Assembly: GCA_035567335.1 (NCBI GenBank) | Contig: DATMPZ010000048.1 | Span: 7,020 to 71,019, forward strand | Length of the DNA stretch: 64,000 bases | Direction: 5' to 3' | DNA from: Solirubrobacteraceae bacterium | GTDB taxonomy: Bacteria > Actinomycetota > Thermoleophilia > Solirubrobacterales > Solirubrobacteraceae | Notes under the pieces: generated by a model | What the model was told of the DNA's origin: nothing | Database searches by the model: none | Seen by the model: the letters and a program-made list of their open reading frames with translations, nothing else | Shown: in pieces, positions 48,800 to 58,487 of the stretch | Layout: each line of letters opens with the position of its first letter | Position numbering within the stretch: position 1 is the first letter of the stretch | Made by a program: the position numbers and the translations under genes

Positions 48800-49858
48800 A
48801 TGGCCTCCGCTCGCGTTCGCCGACCGGACCGCTCGCGGCCCCCAGCGCGTCCCCGGGAGGGCGCTGTGCAGGTCTCAGAGGTGCAGCGCGCGCGGATCCT
48901 CGCGGCGATGGTGCACGTCGTGGCCGAGCATGGTGTCGGCTCTGCGACGGTCGCGCGTGTCGTGGCGCGTGCGGGTGTGTCGCGGCGCACGTTCTATGAG
49001 CAGTTCACGGGTTGCGAGGAGTGCTTCCTGGCGGTGTTCGAGGACGCCCTGGCGCGCGCGGGCCGGAGCGCGAGCGAGGCGGCCGCGGGCGCACCGCCGG
49101 CTTGGCGCGAGCAGCTAAGGGTCGGCCTGGGCGCGCTGCTGGCGTTCTTCGACGAGGAGCCGGCGCTGGGGAGGCTGCTGGTCGTGGACGCGCTGGGCGC
49201 CGGTCCGCTCGTCCTGGAGCGTCGCACACGGGTGCTGCAGGCCCTTGCCACGGTCGTTGACCGGGGGCGCGCGCAGGCCAGGCACGGGCGCAGGACCCCA
49301 GCTCCCTCTTCGCCGCCGGAGCTGACCGCCGAGGGAGTCGTCGGCGCGGTGTTCAGCGTGGTCCATGCGCGCATGCTCGAAGCGGGCGCGGATCATCCGG
49401 TCAACGGGTCCTCGCGTTCCGGTTCGCGTCATGCCGCCGCGCCGCTCAGCGGCCTGCTGAACCCCCTGATGGGAATGATCGTGCTGCCCTATCTCGGCCA
49501 GGCCGCCGCTCAGAAGGAGCTCGTTCGTCCCACGCCGAAGGCTCCTCGTCCGCGTGGGTCCTCCCTCGCGCCACGCGAGCCTTCCGGGGACCCGTTGCGT
49601 GGCCTGAACATGCGCCTGACCTACCGCACCCTCGTAGTCCTCTCAGCCGTCGCGACCGACCCCGGCGCCAGCAACCGCCAGATCGCCGACCACTCAGGCG
49701 TCCACGACCAGGGCCAGATCTCAAAGCTCCTCACCCGCCTGCAAAAACTCGGCCTGATCGACAACACCGGGCACGGACAAGCCCACGGCGAACCCAACGC
49801 CTGGACCCTCACCCCCCACGGAACAGAAGTCCAACACGCACTCACAACCGGTCGCTGA
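48800..49858 (+). CDS. TetR-family regulator with an extra C-terminal winged HTH
   Basis: QRARILAAM..ATVARVVARAGVSRRTFYEQF; C-terminal ASNRQIAD..GQISKLLTRLQKLGLI. Confidence 0.85.
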   Translation: MASARVRRPDRSRPPARPREGAVQVSEVQRARILAAMVHVVAEHGVGSATVARVVARAGVSRRTFYEQFTGCEECFLAVFEDALARAGRSASEAAAGAPPAWREQLRVGLGALLAFFDEEPALGRLLVVDALGAGPLVLERRTRVLQALATVVDRGRAQARHGRRTPAPSSPPELTAEGVVGAVFSVVHARMLEAGADHPVNGSSRSGSRHAAAPLSGLLNPLMGMIVLPYLGQAAAQKELVRPTPKAPRPRGSSLAPREPSGDPLRGLNMRLTYRTLVVLSAVATDPGASNRQIADHSGVHDQGQISKLLTRLQKLGLIDNTGHGQAHGEPNAWTLTPHGTEVQHALTTGR

Positions 49859-49868
49859 CCGCGCGCCG

Positions 49869-50015
49869 AGGCCTCTCGACACCTCGGTCGTGATCGACCT
49901 CGAGCTGCTCAGCCCGGAGGTCCTGCCGATCGAGCTGGCGGTTTCGGCGATCACGATGGCCGAGCTGGCGACCGGCCCGGAGGCCGCCGCCGATCCGGAT
50001 GAGCGCGCGCGCCGG
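49869..50015 (+). pseudogene. vapC: Truncated, frameshifted VapC (PIN) toxin remnant
   Basis: G-L-(shift)-DTSVVID..AVSAITMAELATGP..DPDERARR, then homology is lost. Confidence 0.65.
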
Positions 50016-50152
50016 ATCGCGCTCATCCAGCCCGCCCTGGATCGTGCCGGCCGGATTAAGGAACTGCTCGGTCGCGCTGAACGCCACCTCGATCGCCCCG
50101 CGGAGCAGCCATCTGCACATGATCGATACCCACCACGCTCATCACCTGCAAC

Positions 50153-50275
50153 CTAGTGTCGTGAGTCGGAGATTCGTTGGCAGTATCGGGTGAGGCTGTC
50201 GAAAATCTGGTCTGCGGTCTTGGCCCAGACGTAGGGCGGGGGTTTTCGTTCCAGTGGGCGATCCAGTCGCGGACG
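50153..50275 (-). mobile_element. IS630-family transposase 3' remnant with IS end
   Basis: RDWIAHWNENPRP-(shift)-YVWAKTADQIFDSLTRYCQRISDSRH-stop ending CACTAG, resembling actinobacterial IS630 C-termini. Confidence 0.7.
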
Positions 50276-50362
50276 AAAGGCCGGTCGGCGGGAAGGTCAA
50301 GCGTGCGGCGAGCGCCAAACGAACCCAAGGGCGGCAAGCTCAGTCGCGCCGGTATCAGTTGT

Positions 50363-53308
50363 TTAGTCGTCCCAGGTCCAGCCGAACCATTCGTTCAGCG
50401 TACTGCGCAAGGCGGCCAGCCTCGTCCACCGGAAGCGGCGAATCAACTCGCCCACAGTCGCGTCGGCCTCGGCCTTTCTGTTCACGCTTTCAAGTGCCTC
50501 GGACTTGTATTTCAGGGCGAGGACTACCTTTTCCAACACCTCAGGATTGCTGCTTGTGACAGAGTGGGATACGAGGTCATCGAATGCTTGAATCCCCTCA
50601 TCGAAACGGTGCACGTCTACGCACAGGATGAGCCCTCGGTTTACGATGCTGTCGGCGACCAAAGCTTGGACCTGCTCGGCTGGCTCGTCGGCACAGATCG
50701 AGATCAGCTCCTCTTGTGCGGCGAGGGCCTCTTCGCACCTGTCGCGTCCCCAGAGCGCACCCATCTTTTTCAGCAAGGCCAGCGCGATCGCATTGCGGAA
50801 TTCCCAGTGTTCCTCACTCCGGAACTGCGCCGCGGTTTCATCCCACACTGCGAGCGCCTCGGCCTCGCGCTCGACCGCCAGCAGGCGCTCGCCCTTCATC
50901 ACCATCGCCATCGCAGCTCGTGCGCGGAGTCGCTCGTCCGGCTCCCGCGAGTAGAGCCCGACCGACTCGTCCAGAAGCTCGATCGCGCGCGCCATGTCGG
51001 CAATCTCGGCTGCCATTAGGCCACGCGCTCGGGCGACCATGACGCGCAACTCGATGTAATCCGCGTCGCCGAACCGCCGGATGACCTCGTTGTAAACGTC
51101 TACCGCGTCGCGGCTGTGGCCTTGTTCGCTGAGCATAGCCGCCTTGTTCAACAGTCCGCGGGCGACCTCGGTGTCGACGAGTGGATCGCCGCTGGAGGCA
51201 TACCGGGCGGCGAGGTCATCGATGACCTTCATCGCGTCAGCGTCGCAACGAGCGAACTTTTTCAGCGCCATGTTCACACCGGCGTGGACCACGGAAGCCG
51301 TTATATCAGCCCCACCTACCCCTTCGTAACGCTTCACCATCGCAGCATTTACGTCGATCGACTCATCCTCTCGGCCCAGTTCTCCGAGGGTCGCCGCCTT
51401 TTCGACAAGCGCAGTGACGACGCTCTCCTGCACACGCAAGTCGTCATCCGCGCCGAACCTTGAGATCACATCGTCGTAAGCCGCGAGAGCGGCGTCCGGT
51501 TCACCGAGCACGATCGCCCGCCCGGCAGCGTAGAGCTCCATCGAAGCCACCTCCGCACGGACGAGTGGGTCCCGGTCTCGGCTGAACCGCATCACCATTT
51601 CGTCGACCTCGTTGAAGTCGTCCGCGAGGAGATCGAGCTTTCCCTTCGTGACCCCGTCGACTACATACGACGACGGCGATGTCCTGCCTTCCAGGACGTC
51701 CCGCCACACATCGGCCGCTTCCGAGCTTCGCTCCGCAGAGCCCCTCATTTTGTAGAAGAAATCCGCGCTTTTGACGGCGATGCCGAGGTGGTGTGGAAGT
51801 GCGCCGGACGCCCTCACGAGAAGCGACTGCTTCCCCCAAGGTTTTATCCCGGTGAAATGCACGAGGCGTGGCTCGCCGGCGACGCGTATTTCCATACACG
51901 TGTGTCGAAGCCGGTCGACCTTGTGTGCCGTGCCAGCGGCCATGTAAGCAAGAAAGGCTCGCGAAACCGGCTGGGGATGGCCAAGTTCGGCAACCGTGCC
52001 TACCCAGTTCTCGTCTTTGAACCCTTTGCGCCCCGCATAGAGGACGTGGCCATCCGCGCACAGTGCCAGGTCTGCAGGCCGGCCCGTGAGGTTTGGAGGC
52101 ACGGCGCTGTGTGCGGGGAAGATTTCGACGCGATCAATGCGTACGACGTGTTCGAGATACGGCTCGAAGCCAGGCGTCGCCGCTTGTGTCCTTCCCGTGA
52201 TCGATGGGGTCGCCGTCGTAGACGCCGCAGGCGCACGCGGCACTCCGTCAACAATAGTCGCTGCATCGTCGTCGGTACGTTCCTCCTGCCTGGCTGGGCG
52301 GTGAATAGTCTCGGGCGACCCGCCCCCGACCGACGCTGGGTCGAACCCGAGCAGCGTCCCGTCCATGTGGGAAACCCACACGGTGTCGTCCCACACCTCG
52401 ATCGAACGTGGCTTCTCGCCCACCTCAATTAGTTCGCCTGAGATCTCGCTGGCGCGGGCGTCAAGGCGCGTGATCGTGTTCGAGTTGATGTTAGCGGTCC
52501 AAGCGCTGCCCTCACCGAAAGCGATCGCGTACGGGCCGGTGTCGATGGCATCAAGCGTCCCGAGAACCTCGCCGGTAGTTGAGTTAAGTCGAACGATCCG
52601 TTGTTGCACCCAGTCGCAGGCCCACACGCTACCCTCGCCCACCACGACCGCCATCGGGTCTGAAGCCATCTCGATTGGGTCGCCGATGACTTGCATCGAG
52701 GTGGGGTCGATGCGGCGGAGCGTGCGAAATGTGCCGACCCACACGGCTCCTTCACCGACCGCTATAGCTTCGGGCTGTTTGTCGAGTAGGAGAGGCTTTC
52801 CCACAGGTCGTCCGCGTCCTGAATCGAGGTGTATAACAGCGCCCGCCTTTGCGGCGCTGTCGGTGAGTGAAGTGGTGATTACCCAGACTCCCTCGTCGCC
52901 GATAGCAATCCCCTCGATCTTGTCACCGACTTGATCGCGCGTCCTGTGTATTCGCGCTTCGGTGCGCTTGAAGAGGGCGGACAGCCCGCTTCCGCCGACA
53001 ACTATCCAGCCAACTCGCCCGTCATCGCCTGCCACCCATACGCGGTCGTCGCCGACGGCGAGCGCGACAGGCCGTGCGCCAACCGGAATCGAGGCTCCGA
53101 GCTTCTCTCCAGTCCCTGGATCCACGCGCGCAATCGATGGCCCGTGATATGGATAGTCTTCGACCCAGATCCCACCCCCTCCGATGCCGAAGACTCCTAC
53201 GGCGCCTGGCTTAATCGGCCCACAGGTGATACGCGGTTTCGTTGGCCGTGACGGGTTGCTTATGTCCCTGGCCTCACACGTGCTTGCCACAACGCAGCCA
53301 CGATACAC
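50363..53308 (-). CDS. Beta-propeller (Vgb/YncE-like) plus TPR-like repeat protein
   Basis: About 7 repeats of IAVGEGAVWV type; C-terminal helical repeats A..YD.VI.RFG.A..; start uncertain. Confidence 0.7.
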   Translation of the reverse strand: MYRGCVVASTCEARDISNPSRPTKPRITCGPIKPGAVGVFGIGGGGIWVEDYPYHGPSIARVDPGTGEKLGASIPVGARPVALAVGDDRVWVAGDDGRVGWIVVGGSGLSALFKRTEARIHRTRDQVGDKIEGIAIGDEGVWVITTSLTDSAAKAGAVIHLDSGRGRPVGKPLLLDKQPEAIAVGEGAVWVGTFRTLRRIDPTSMQVIGDPIEMASDPMAVVVGEGSVWACDWVQQRIVRLNSTTGEVLGTLDAIDTGPYAIAFGEGSAWTANINSNTITRLDARASEISGELIEVGEKPRSIEVWDDTVWVSHMDGTLLGFDPASVGGGSPETIHRPARQEERTDDDAATIVDGVPRAPAASTTATPSITGRTQAATPGFEPYLEHVVRIDRVEIFPAHSAVPPNLTGRPADLALCADGHVLYAGRKGFKDENWVGTVAELGHPQPVSRAFLAYMAAGTAHKVDRLRHTCMEIRVAGEPRLVHFTGIKPWGKQSLLVRASGALPHHLGIAVKSADFFYKMRGSAERSSEAADVWRDVLEGRTSPSSYVVDGVTKGKLDLLADDFNEVDEMVMRFSRDRDPLVRAEVASMELYAAGRAIVLGEPDAALAAYDDVISRFGADDDLRVQESVVTALVEKAATLGELGREDESIDVNAAMVKRYEGVGGADITASVVHAGVNMALKKFARCDADAMKVIDDLAARYASSGDPLVDTEVARGLLNKAAMLSEQGHSRDAVDVYNEVIRRFGDADYIELRVMVARARGLMAAEIADMARAIELLDESVGLYSREPDERLRARAAMAMVMKGERLLAVEREAEALAVWDETAAQFRSEEHWEFRNAIALALLKKMGALWGRDRCEEALAAQEELISICADEPAEQVQALVADSIVNRGLILCVDVHRFDEGIQAFDDLVSHSVTSSNPEVLEKVVLALKYKSEALESVNRKAEADATVGELIRRFRWTRLAALRSTLNEWFGWTWDD

Positions 53309-53452
53309 CGTGGGTCGAACGTGACTCGAATCTCCGACATCCTTCCGGCCGCGCGAGTAGTCAGCGACCTGACCCCATAGCTAGCCGCGGGCCGCCACCG
53401 AGTGCGCGGCGATCGGCGGGTGTAGGATGGAGTGCCCGACTGGGAGGTGAGC

Positions 53453-54313
53453 ATGGAGTCCAAGACGCTTGATTCCGCCGAGTTTCGAGACGGACAGCGG
53501 CAACAGTGGAACATAGCTGCGACTGGCTGGCGCAGATGGTCGGAGCTGATCGACGGGGCGGCGAGCGGAATCAGTGAGCGCTTGGTCGAGCTGGCCGGCG
53601 TCGAGCCCGGCAGCCGAGTGTTGGACGTGGCCGCCGGCTACGGCGAGCCGTCGCTGACCGCAGCCAGAGCGGCTGGGCCCGAGGGTGCCGTGCTGGCTAC
53701 CGATATCTCCGCCGAGATGATCGCTTTCGGCCGTGAGCGCGCGGCTGCCACCGGGCTCGAAAACATCGAGTTCGTTCAATCGGATGCGGCATCCCTGGAC
53801 TTCCCCGCAGCTAGCTTCGACGCCGCGCTCTCACGCTGGGGGATCATCTTCGAGCCCGATGCAGAGGCCGCCGCGGCGCGTATTCGTAGCTTCCTAAAGC
53901 CCGGCGGACGGATGGCGATCAGCTCGTGGGGATCGCCGGACCGTGTCCCGTTCCTCGCGATTCCCATGCGGACCGCGATGCAGCGCCTCGGGGTTCCGCC
54001 CCCGCCGCCCGGAACACCCGGTCCGCTCTCGCGTCCGACGCCGCAGGCGCTGGGCGGCCTGCTGGAAGCGGCCGGCTTTTCCGACGTGGAGGTGCAGGAG
54101 GCCGAGGTCACGTTCGAGTGGCAATCGCCCGAGGAGTTCACCATCTTCATCAGGGAGATCGCCCCGCCGATCACCGCGATGATGGCTTCGCACCCACAGG
54201 GGGTGCAGGATGAGACCTGGGTCGCCATAACTGAGGCGATCCGGGAGACGGCCGGAGATGGCGGAGCGGTGAGGCTTTCGAACCTGGTCCTGCTCGCAGC
54301 CGGACGAGCGTAG
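53453..54313 (+). CDS. Class I SAM-dependent methyltransferase
   Basis: VLDVAAGYGEP motif I; FDAALSRWGIIF; GGAGGTG RBS before ATG 53453. Confidence 0.88.
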   Translation: MESKTLDSAEFRDGQRQQWNIAATGWRRWSELIDGAASGISERLVELAGVEPGSRVLDVAAGYGEPSLTAARAAGPEGAVLATDISAEMIAFGRERAAATGLENIEFVQSDAASLDFPAASFDAALSRWGIIFEPDAEAAAARIRSFLKPGGRMAISSWGSPDRVPFLAIPMRTAMQRLGVPPPPPGTPGPLSRPTPQALGGLLEAAGFSDVEVQEAEVTFEWQSPEEFTIFIREIAPPITAMMASHPQGVQDETWVAITEAIRETAGDGGAVRLSNLVLLAAGRA

Positions 54314-54323
54314 CCGAGGACCG

Positions 54324-54791
54324 TCACCGCATCCACACGCGCCTGCGTAAGCGAGCGCGCCAGCCTCTCCGCTCATCTGGGAAGGCGGCGGTGCGCCGCG
54401 CGATCTCGGCTGTCGGCATCCCGCCCCGTTTGAGCGCCCAGGCGCCAAGCGCCAGGCCACCGGCGCCGCCGGTGGGCAGGAGCGCGTTCGCGCCCAGCTC
54501 CGACATCCCGATCTGGTAGCTGACGCGCCAGCTCATGCGCCTGCAGAACACCATCCGAAAGATCGCCACATACCCCAGGCCCGAGAGCACCTTCAGCCCC
54601 GCTCCAAGCACGAGCCACACCGGGTCGGCGTACGAGAGCCGCGTGCGCAACCCCTCGAGGCCCGGAAGCAGCGTCACGACCGCAACGACGGCGAGGACGA
54701 CCCCAGTCAAGAACAGCAACTGCTTACGCACCTTGCGACGGCTCAGCTCCGCGGGAACCCGCAGATCGTCTGGAAGAACGCTCGCCGTCAT
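54324..54791 (-). pseudogene. N-terminal fragment of a YbhN/lysylphosphatidylglycerol-synthase-like membrane protein
   Basis: ANALLPTGGAGG motif; homology ends after about 135 aa, far short of the ~330-aa family length. Confidence 0.6.
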
Positions 54792-54873
54792 GCGCCACCC
54801 CCGCAGCCCGTCCTGGCGCGGGTGTCCTGACCTTTACATCTCACAAGACGACCGTAACGCGGGGATAGCGCTC

Positions 54874-56469
54874 TCAGGAAACAACACCGGATCGAGTGGT
54901 GAGCCGGGCCAGTCGCTCGTGTGCGAACTGGACCACGGCGGCGCCCTCGCCGACCGCGGTCGCGCAGCGCTTGATCGAGCCTGCGCGCACGTCGCCAGCT
55001 GCATAGACACCGGGCACGCTCGTCTCCAGAAGGCCCTCTGCGCCAGCGTCCGTGCCGGTCAGGATGAAACCGTCGGCGTCACGCGCCAGCACCTCGTCGA
55101 GCCACTCAGTGCACGGTGTAGCGCCCAGGAACAGGAACACAAAAGAGAACGGCAGCTGCTCTCCGTCGGCGAGCGTGACCGCTCGCAATCGCCCGTGCTC
55201 GCCTTGGAGGTCGGTGATTTCAGAGCGATCGCGCACGGCGACCCCGTAGCGGTGGAGCTCTTCGATCAGATACCGCGACATCGTCTCGCGCAGGGCGCCG
55301 CGGCGGTGCAGGAGTGTGACGAGCGCCCCCCCGCGCGCCAGCCAGACGGCGGCCTGGCCCGCCGAGTTGCCCCCGCCGACGACCGCCACACGCTGGGCTG
55401 TGCAGAGCTGACCCTCTGACGGCCCAGCGGCATAGAACACGCTCAGCCCCTCGTACGCTTCGAGTCCCGCGACGGGCAGACGCCGGTATTCGGCGCCGGT
55501 GGCGAGCAGCACCGCGCGTGCGGCGATCTCGTTGCCGTCCTCGAGCTTCACGAGGTGGCGTTCGGTGCCGGGCCTCAGTTCCTGGGCACGGTAGGGCGAG
55601 GCCATGCGCGCGCCAAACTTGCGCGCCTGGGTGGCAGCACGGCTGATCAGTTCGCTGCCGCTGATACCGGCCGGAAAGCCCAGGTAGTTCTCGATCCTGC
55701 GCGAGGTGCCTGCCTGGCCGCCGATGCCGCTGCTCTCCAGGATCAGCGTGTCCAATCCCTCGGAGGCACCGTACACGGCTGCACCGAGTCCCGCAGGGCC
55801 TCCGCCGACGATCAGAAGATCGACCTCCTCGCGCGGCGCGAGCTCCAGACCTATGCCGAGCGTCCGTGAGAGCTCGCCGTTACTCGGGTTCAGAAGCTCC
55901 ACGCCGCCAGGCAGTCGCACCAGTGGCATGGCGGACACGGAGGGCTCCGTCGCCGGGTCAGCACCATCGGTCGTCTCGGTGGGATCGATCCACGTGTGGG
56001 GGAGCCGCTGGGCTCGCGCGAACTCGAGCAGCCGGCGGGTGTCGGGCGAGTCGCGCGGGCCGATGATCTCTGGTCCGATGCCTTGGCGCTGCTGAAGCAG
56101 CTCGCGGCGCTCCACCAAGGCGCCCAGGATCAGATCTGAGAGCGAGGGGTCATCGAACAGCAGGGCTCGCAGCTTCTCGCGTGGGAGGGCGATGTAGCGC
56201 ATCGGCTGGGTGACGACCGCGGTGACGAACACCGCCTGCCCACTGAGAAGGTTGACCTCGCCGAGAAACCCCGACGCGCCGTGGCGCACGATTTCGTTCC
56301 CTGCGCCATCCAAGATTGCCGCCTCACCGTCGATGATCGCGATGAACGGATAGGTCGCGTCGCCGATCTCATACAGCTTCTCGCCCACCCCGGCTACGTG
56401 CTCCTCGCCGTGCTCGGCAAGCAGCTCAAGCTGAGTGCTCGAAAGCACTCTGGCGGCCGGAACCGCCAT
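54874..56469 (-). CDS. cNMP-binding domain plus thioredoxin reductase-like FAD oxidoreductase
   Basis: GFLGEVNLL cNMP motif; GGGPAG, RIENYLGFP, GGGNSAGQ, YAAGDVR. Confidence 0.88.
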   Translation of the reverse strand: MAVPAARVLSSTQLELLAEHGEEHVAGVGEKLYEIGDATYPFIAIIDGEAAILDGAGNEIVRHGASGFLGEVNLLSGQAVFVTAVVTQPMRYIALPREKLRALLFDDPSLSDLILGALVERRELLQQRQGIGPEIIGPRDSPDTRRLLEFARAQRLPHTWIDPTETTDGADPATEPSVSAMPLVRLPGGVELLNPSNGELSRTLGIGLELAPREEVDLLIVGGGPAGLGAAVYGASEGLDTLILESSGIGGQAGTSRRIENYLGFPAGISGSELISRAATQARKFGARMASPYRAQELRPGTERHLVKLEDGNEIAARAVLLATGAEYRRLPVAGLEAYEGLSVFYAAGPSEGQLCTAQRVAVVGGGNSAGQAAVWLARGGALVTLLHRRGALRETMSRYLIEELHRYGVAVRDRSEITDLQGEHGRLRAVTLADGEQLPFSFVFLFLGATPCTEWLDEVLARDADGFILTGTDAGAEGLLETSVPGVYAAGDVRAGSIKRCATAVGEGAAVVQFAHERLARLTTRSGVVS

Positions 56470-56631
56470 CTGATCGTCATCGTGGGAAGTCACTAGAGGC
56501 AAGCGTAGCTGGCCTACGATGGCCGCCAGGCGGCCGCGGGGCCGCCCGCTGTCGCAACAGACCACACGAATTGCCTGCAAACGTGTCGACTTTCGACGAG
56601 CCACATGGCTGGTCGGGCAGGTCTACCCACC

Positions 56632-56674
56632 ACTGAAAATCGTGGTGTCCCCAGTTCGAATCTGGGTCTGGCCA
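56632..56674 (+). other. 3' half of tRNA-Phe(GAA): att-site-like remnant
   Basis: CTGAAAA loop, TCGTG-GTGTC, T arm CCCAG-TTCGAAT-CTGGG, acceptor 3' strand TCTGGCC-A; no matching 5' strand or D arm upstream. Confidence 0.75.
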
Positions 56675-56862
56675 TCCAGGTTTTGCCTGCTATTTCGCGG
56701 GGTTTCAACTCTTTCTGGCAAGGCTGCGTTCGGGCCCAAGGGTTTGCGAACGCGACGCTTCCCCCTCCGCACACTGGGGGATGCGGGCGCTCGGCGAGTA
56801 CGTCCTCGACTGGGACGATCTCGGGCCGCTTCGGCGGCACTCGGCGTGGTGCTCCGTGTGGT

Positions 56863-57291
56863 TCAGGAGTCAGCTGGCGGGCGGCGCTCGCGCTTGCGTT
56901 CGGAGGCCCGGCGCTTGGCCGCCAGGCGCCGCTCACGCGACGCCGCGGTGGGACGGGTGGCGCGGCGGCGCTTGGGGGTGGCGAGCGCGCTCGCCAGCCG
57001 GGCGCTCAGGCGAGTCACAGCCAGCTCGCGGTTACGCGCCTGCGATCGCTCGTCCTGCGCTATCGCCACCAGGCGCGGCCCGGCGCGCGCCAGCACCCGC
57101 CTGCGCTGCGCATCGGTCAGCGACCGCGAAGCGAACACGTCGAAGCTCGCTTCCACACGCGAGGCCGTGACATTGGCATGCTGTCCCCCCGGGCCAGAGG
57201 AGCGGCTTACGCGCACCGTGACCTCCGAGAGGGGAATCGTCAACTCGCCGGTGATCCGCAACCGTTGATGAGCGCCCTCTTCAGATTCCAT
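56863..57291 (-). CDS. arfB: Alternative ribosome rescue factor B (peptidyl-tRNA hydrolase)
   Basis: SSGPGGQHAN GGQ motif, ERSQARNR, basic C-tail. Confidence 0.92.
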   Translation of the reverse strand: MESEEGAHQRLRITGELTIPLSEVTVRVSRSSGPGGQHANVTASRVEASFDVFASRSLTDAQRRRVLARAGPRLVAIAQDERSQARNRELAVTRLSARLASALATPKRRRATRPTAASRERRLAAKRRASERKRERRPPADS

Positions 57292-57316
57292 CGATGGTGT
57301 CACCGCGCCGCAGGGA

Positions 57317-57583
57317 TCAGTCGAGGTTCTCGAGAATCTCGTTCGCGCGCGACCACTGGCCGGGAGCGACGAGGAGGTAGATGTCGCCACGCCCATGCCG
57401 ATCCAGCGGATGATCGGCGACACACCCCGCGTCGATCCCGAATGCGCGCAGTTGGTCGCGCCACGCCACCGCTGTGCTCTGATCCTCGAAGGCGCCGACC
57501 GTCTCCCAACCGTCAAAGCGAGGGTCACCGATCGCGACCGGCGGGTCCTTGGCCGCACCACCGAACAGGCGAAGAGCACGCAT
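57317..57583 (-). CDS. Hypothetical protein (88 aa)
   Basis: Compact ORF with plausible composition; no motif recognised. Confidence 0.5.
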   Translation of the reverse strand: MRALRLFGGAAKDPPVAIGDPRFDGWETVGAFEDQSTAVAWRDQLRAFGIDAGCVADHPLDRHGRGDIYLLVAPGQWSRANEILENLD

Positions 57584-57845
57584 CGAAATGAGCCTACACC
57601 GCGGCCGGCTCGATCACTCTTGCTCCCGTGAGCGGAACGCAGACAGAACCGCCGCTGACAGTCGACGATTGCGCGGATGTCGTCGTGCCGGCCGGCTGAC
57701 CGGCAGATCAGACCGCCGTTCCCCAGCAGGGCCAGACTCAGTGCGAACCATTGCGCATAGCTCCCTGGCGGGAGGATGTCGCTTGACGAGGCCTGGGCAA
57801 GGAGCTTCGCGGGATCTTGTCGTGGTCCTTGACGTTTCATCGCGA

Positions 57846-58289
57846 TTACTTCTGCGTGCGGATTAGCCGTGGGTTGTAGAGGATCTCCCATAGGTGCCCA
57901 TCTGGATCGCGAAAGTAGCCGGAGTAGATTCCCCATGGACGGTCGTGGGGTGGGTCGGTGAGCGTGGCTCCGGCGGCTTGGGCTTGGGTTAGCAGTGCGT
58001 CGACCTCGGCTTTGCTTGCGACCGCGTGTCCGATGCTGAACTCGCCGGTTTTCGGTGGGCCGAGCGGGACGTTTGCGTCCTTCGCCAGCTCTGTGCGGGG
58101 GTAGAGCGACAGGATCAGCCCGTCTCGGAGCTCGAACATTGCGATGGCCCCGGCCGGGTTGACGTCGTCGCCGACGAACTCGGTGCCGATCACCCCGCGC
58201 GACTGCAATCCGAGGCCGTCTCGGTAGAAGTCGAGCGCCCGCTCCAGATCGGCGACGGCGAGCGTGATTATGTCGATTCGGGCTTGCAT
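57846..58289 (-). CDS. VOC/glyoxalase family protein
   Basis: ITLAVADLERALDFY, WGIYSGYFRDPDGHLWEI; GGTGGAAG before the ATG. Confidence 0.9.
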   Translation of the reverse strand: MQARIDIITLAVADLERALDFYRDGLGLQSRGVIGTEFVGDDVNPAGAIAMFELRDGLILSLYPRTELAKDANVPLGPPKTGEFSIGHAVASKAEVDALLTQAQAAGATLTDPPHDRPWGIYSGYFRDPDGHLWEILYNPRLIRTQK

Positions 58290-58487
58290 CTTCCACCTTT
58301 CTTCACGACGGATCGTATTCGTCGAGCAACTCGCGGCAAAAGTTGGCTGTGCGCGCATGGCGTCCGCGCGCGCCTTGCTCCAGAAGCCCTGGGTGTGAGA
58401 GCGAAGCGCACGGGCTCTCCGAACCGCGCTTAAGCAGCCGGCACGGCAAATCCTTCTCTATAACAGTCCGATACCTGGAGTCGCTCA

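Noticed and set aside
56600-56680. Functional tRNA-Phe
   Set aside because: No 5' acceptor strand or D arm, and a mismatch in the anticodon stem; treated as an att remnant
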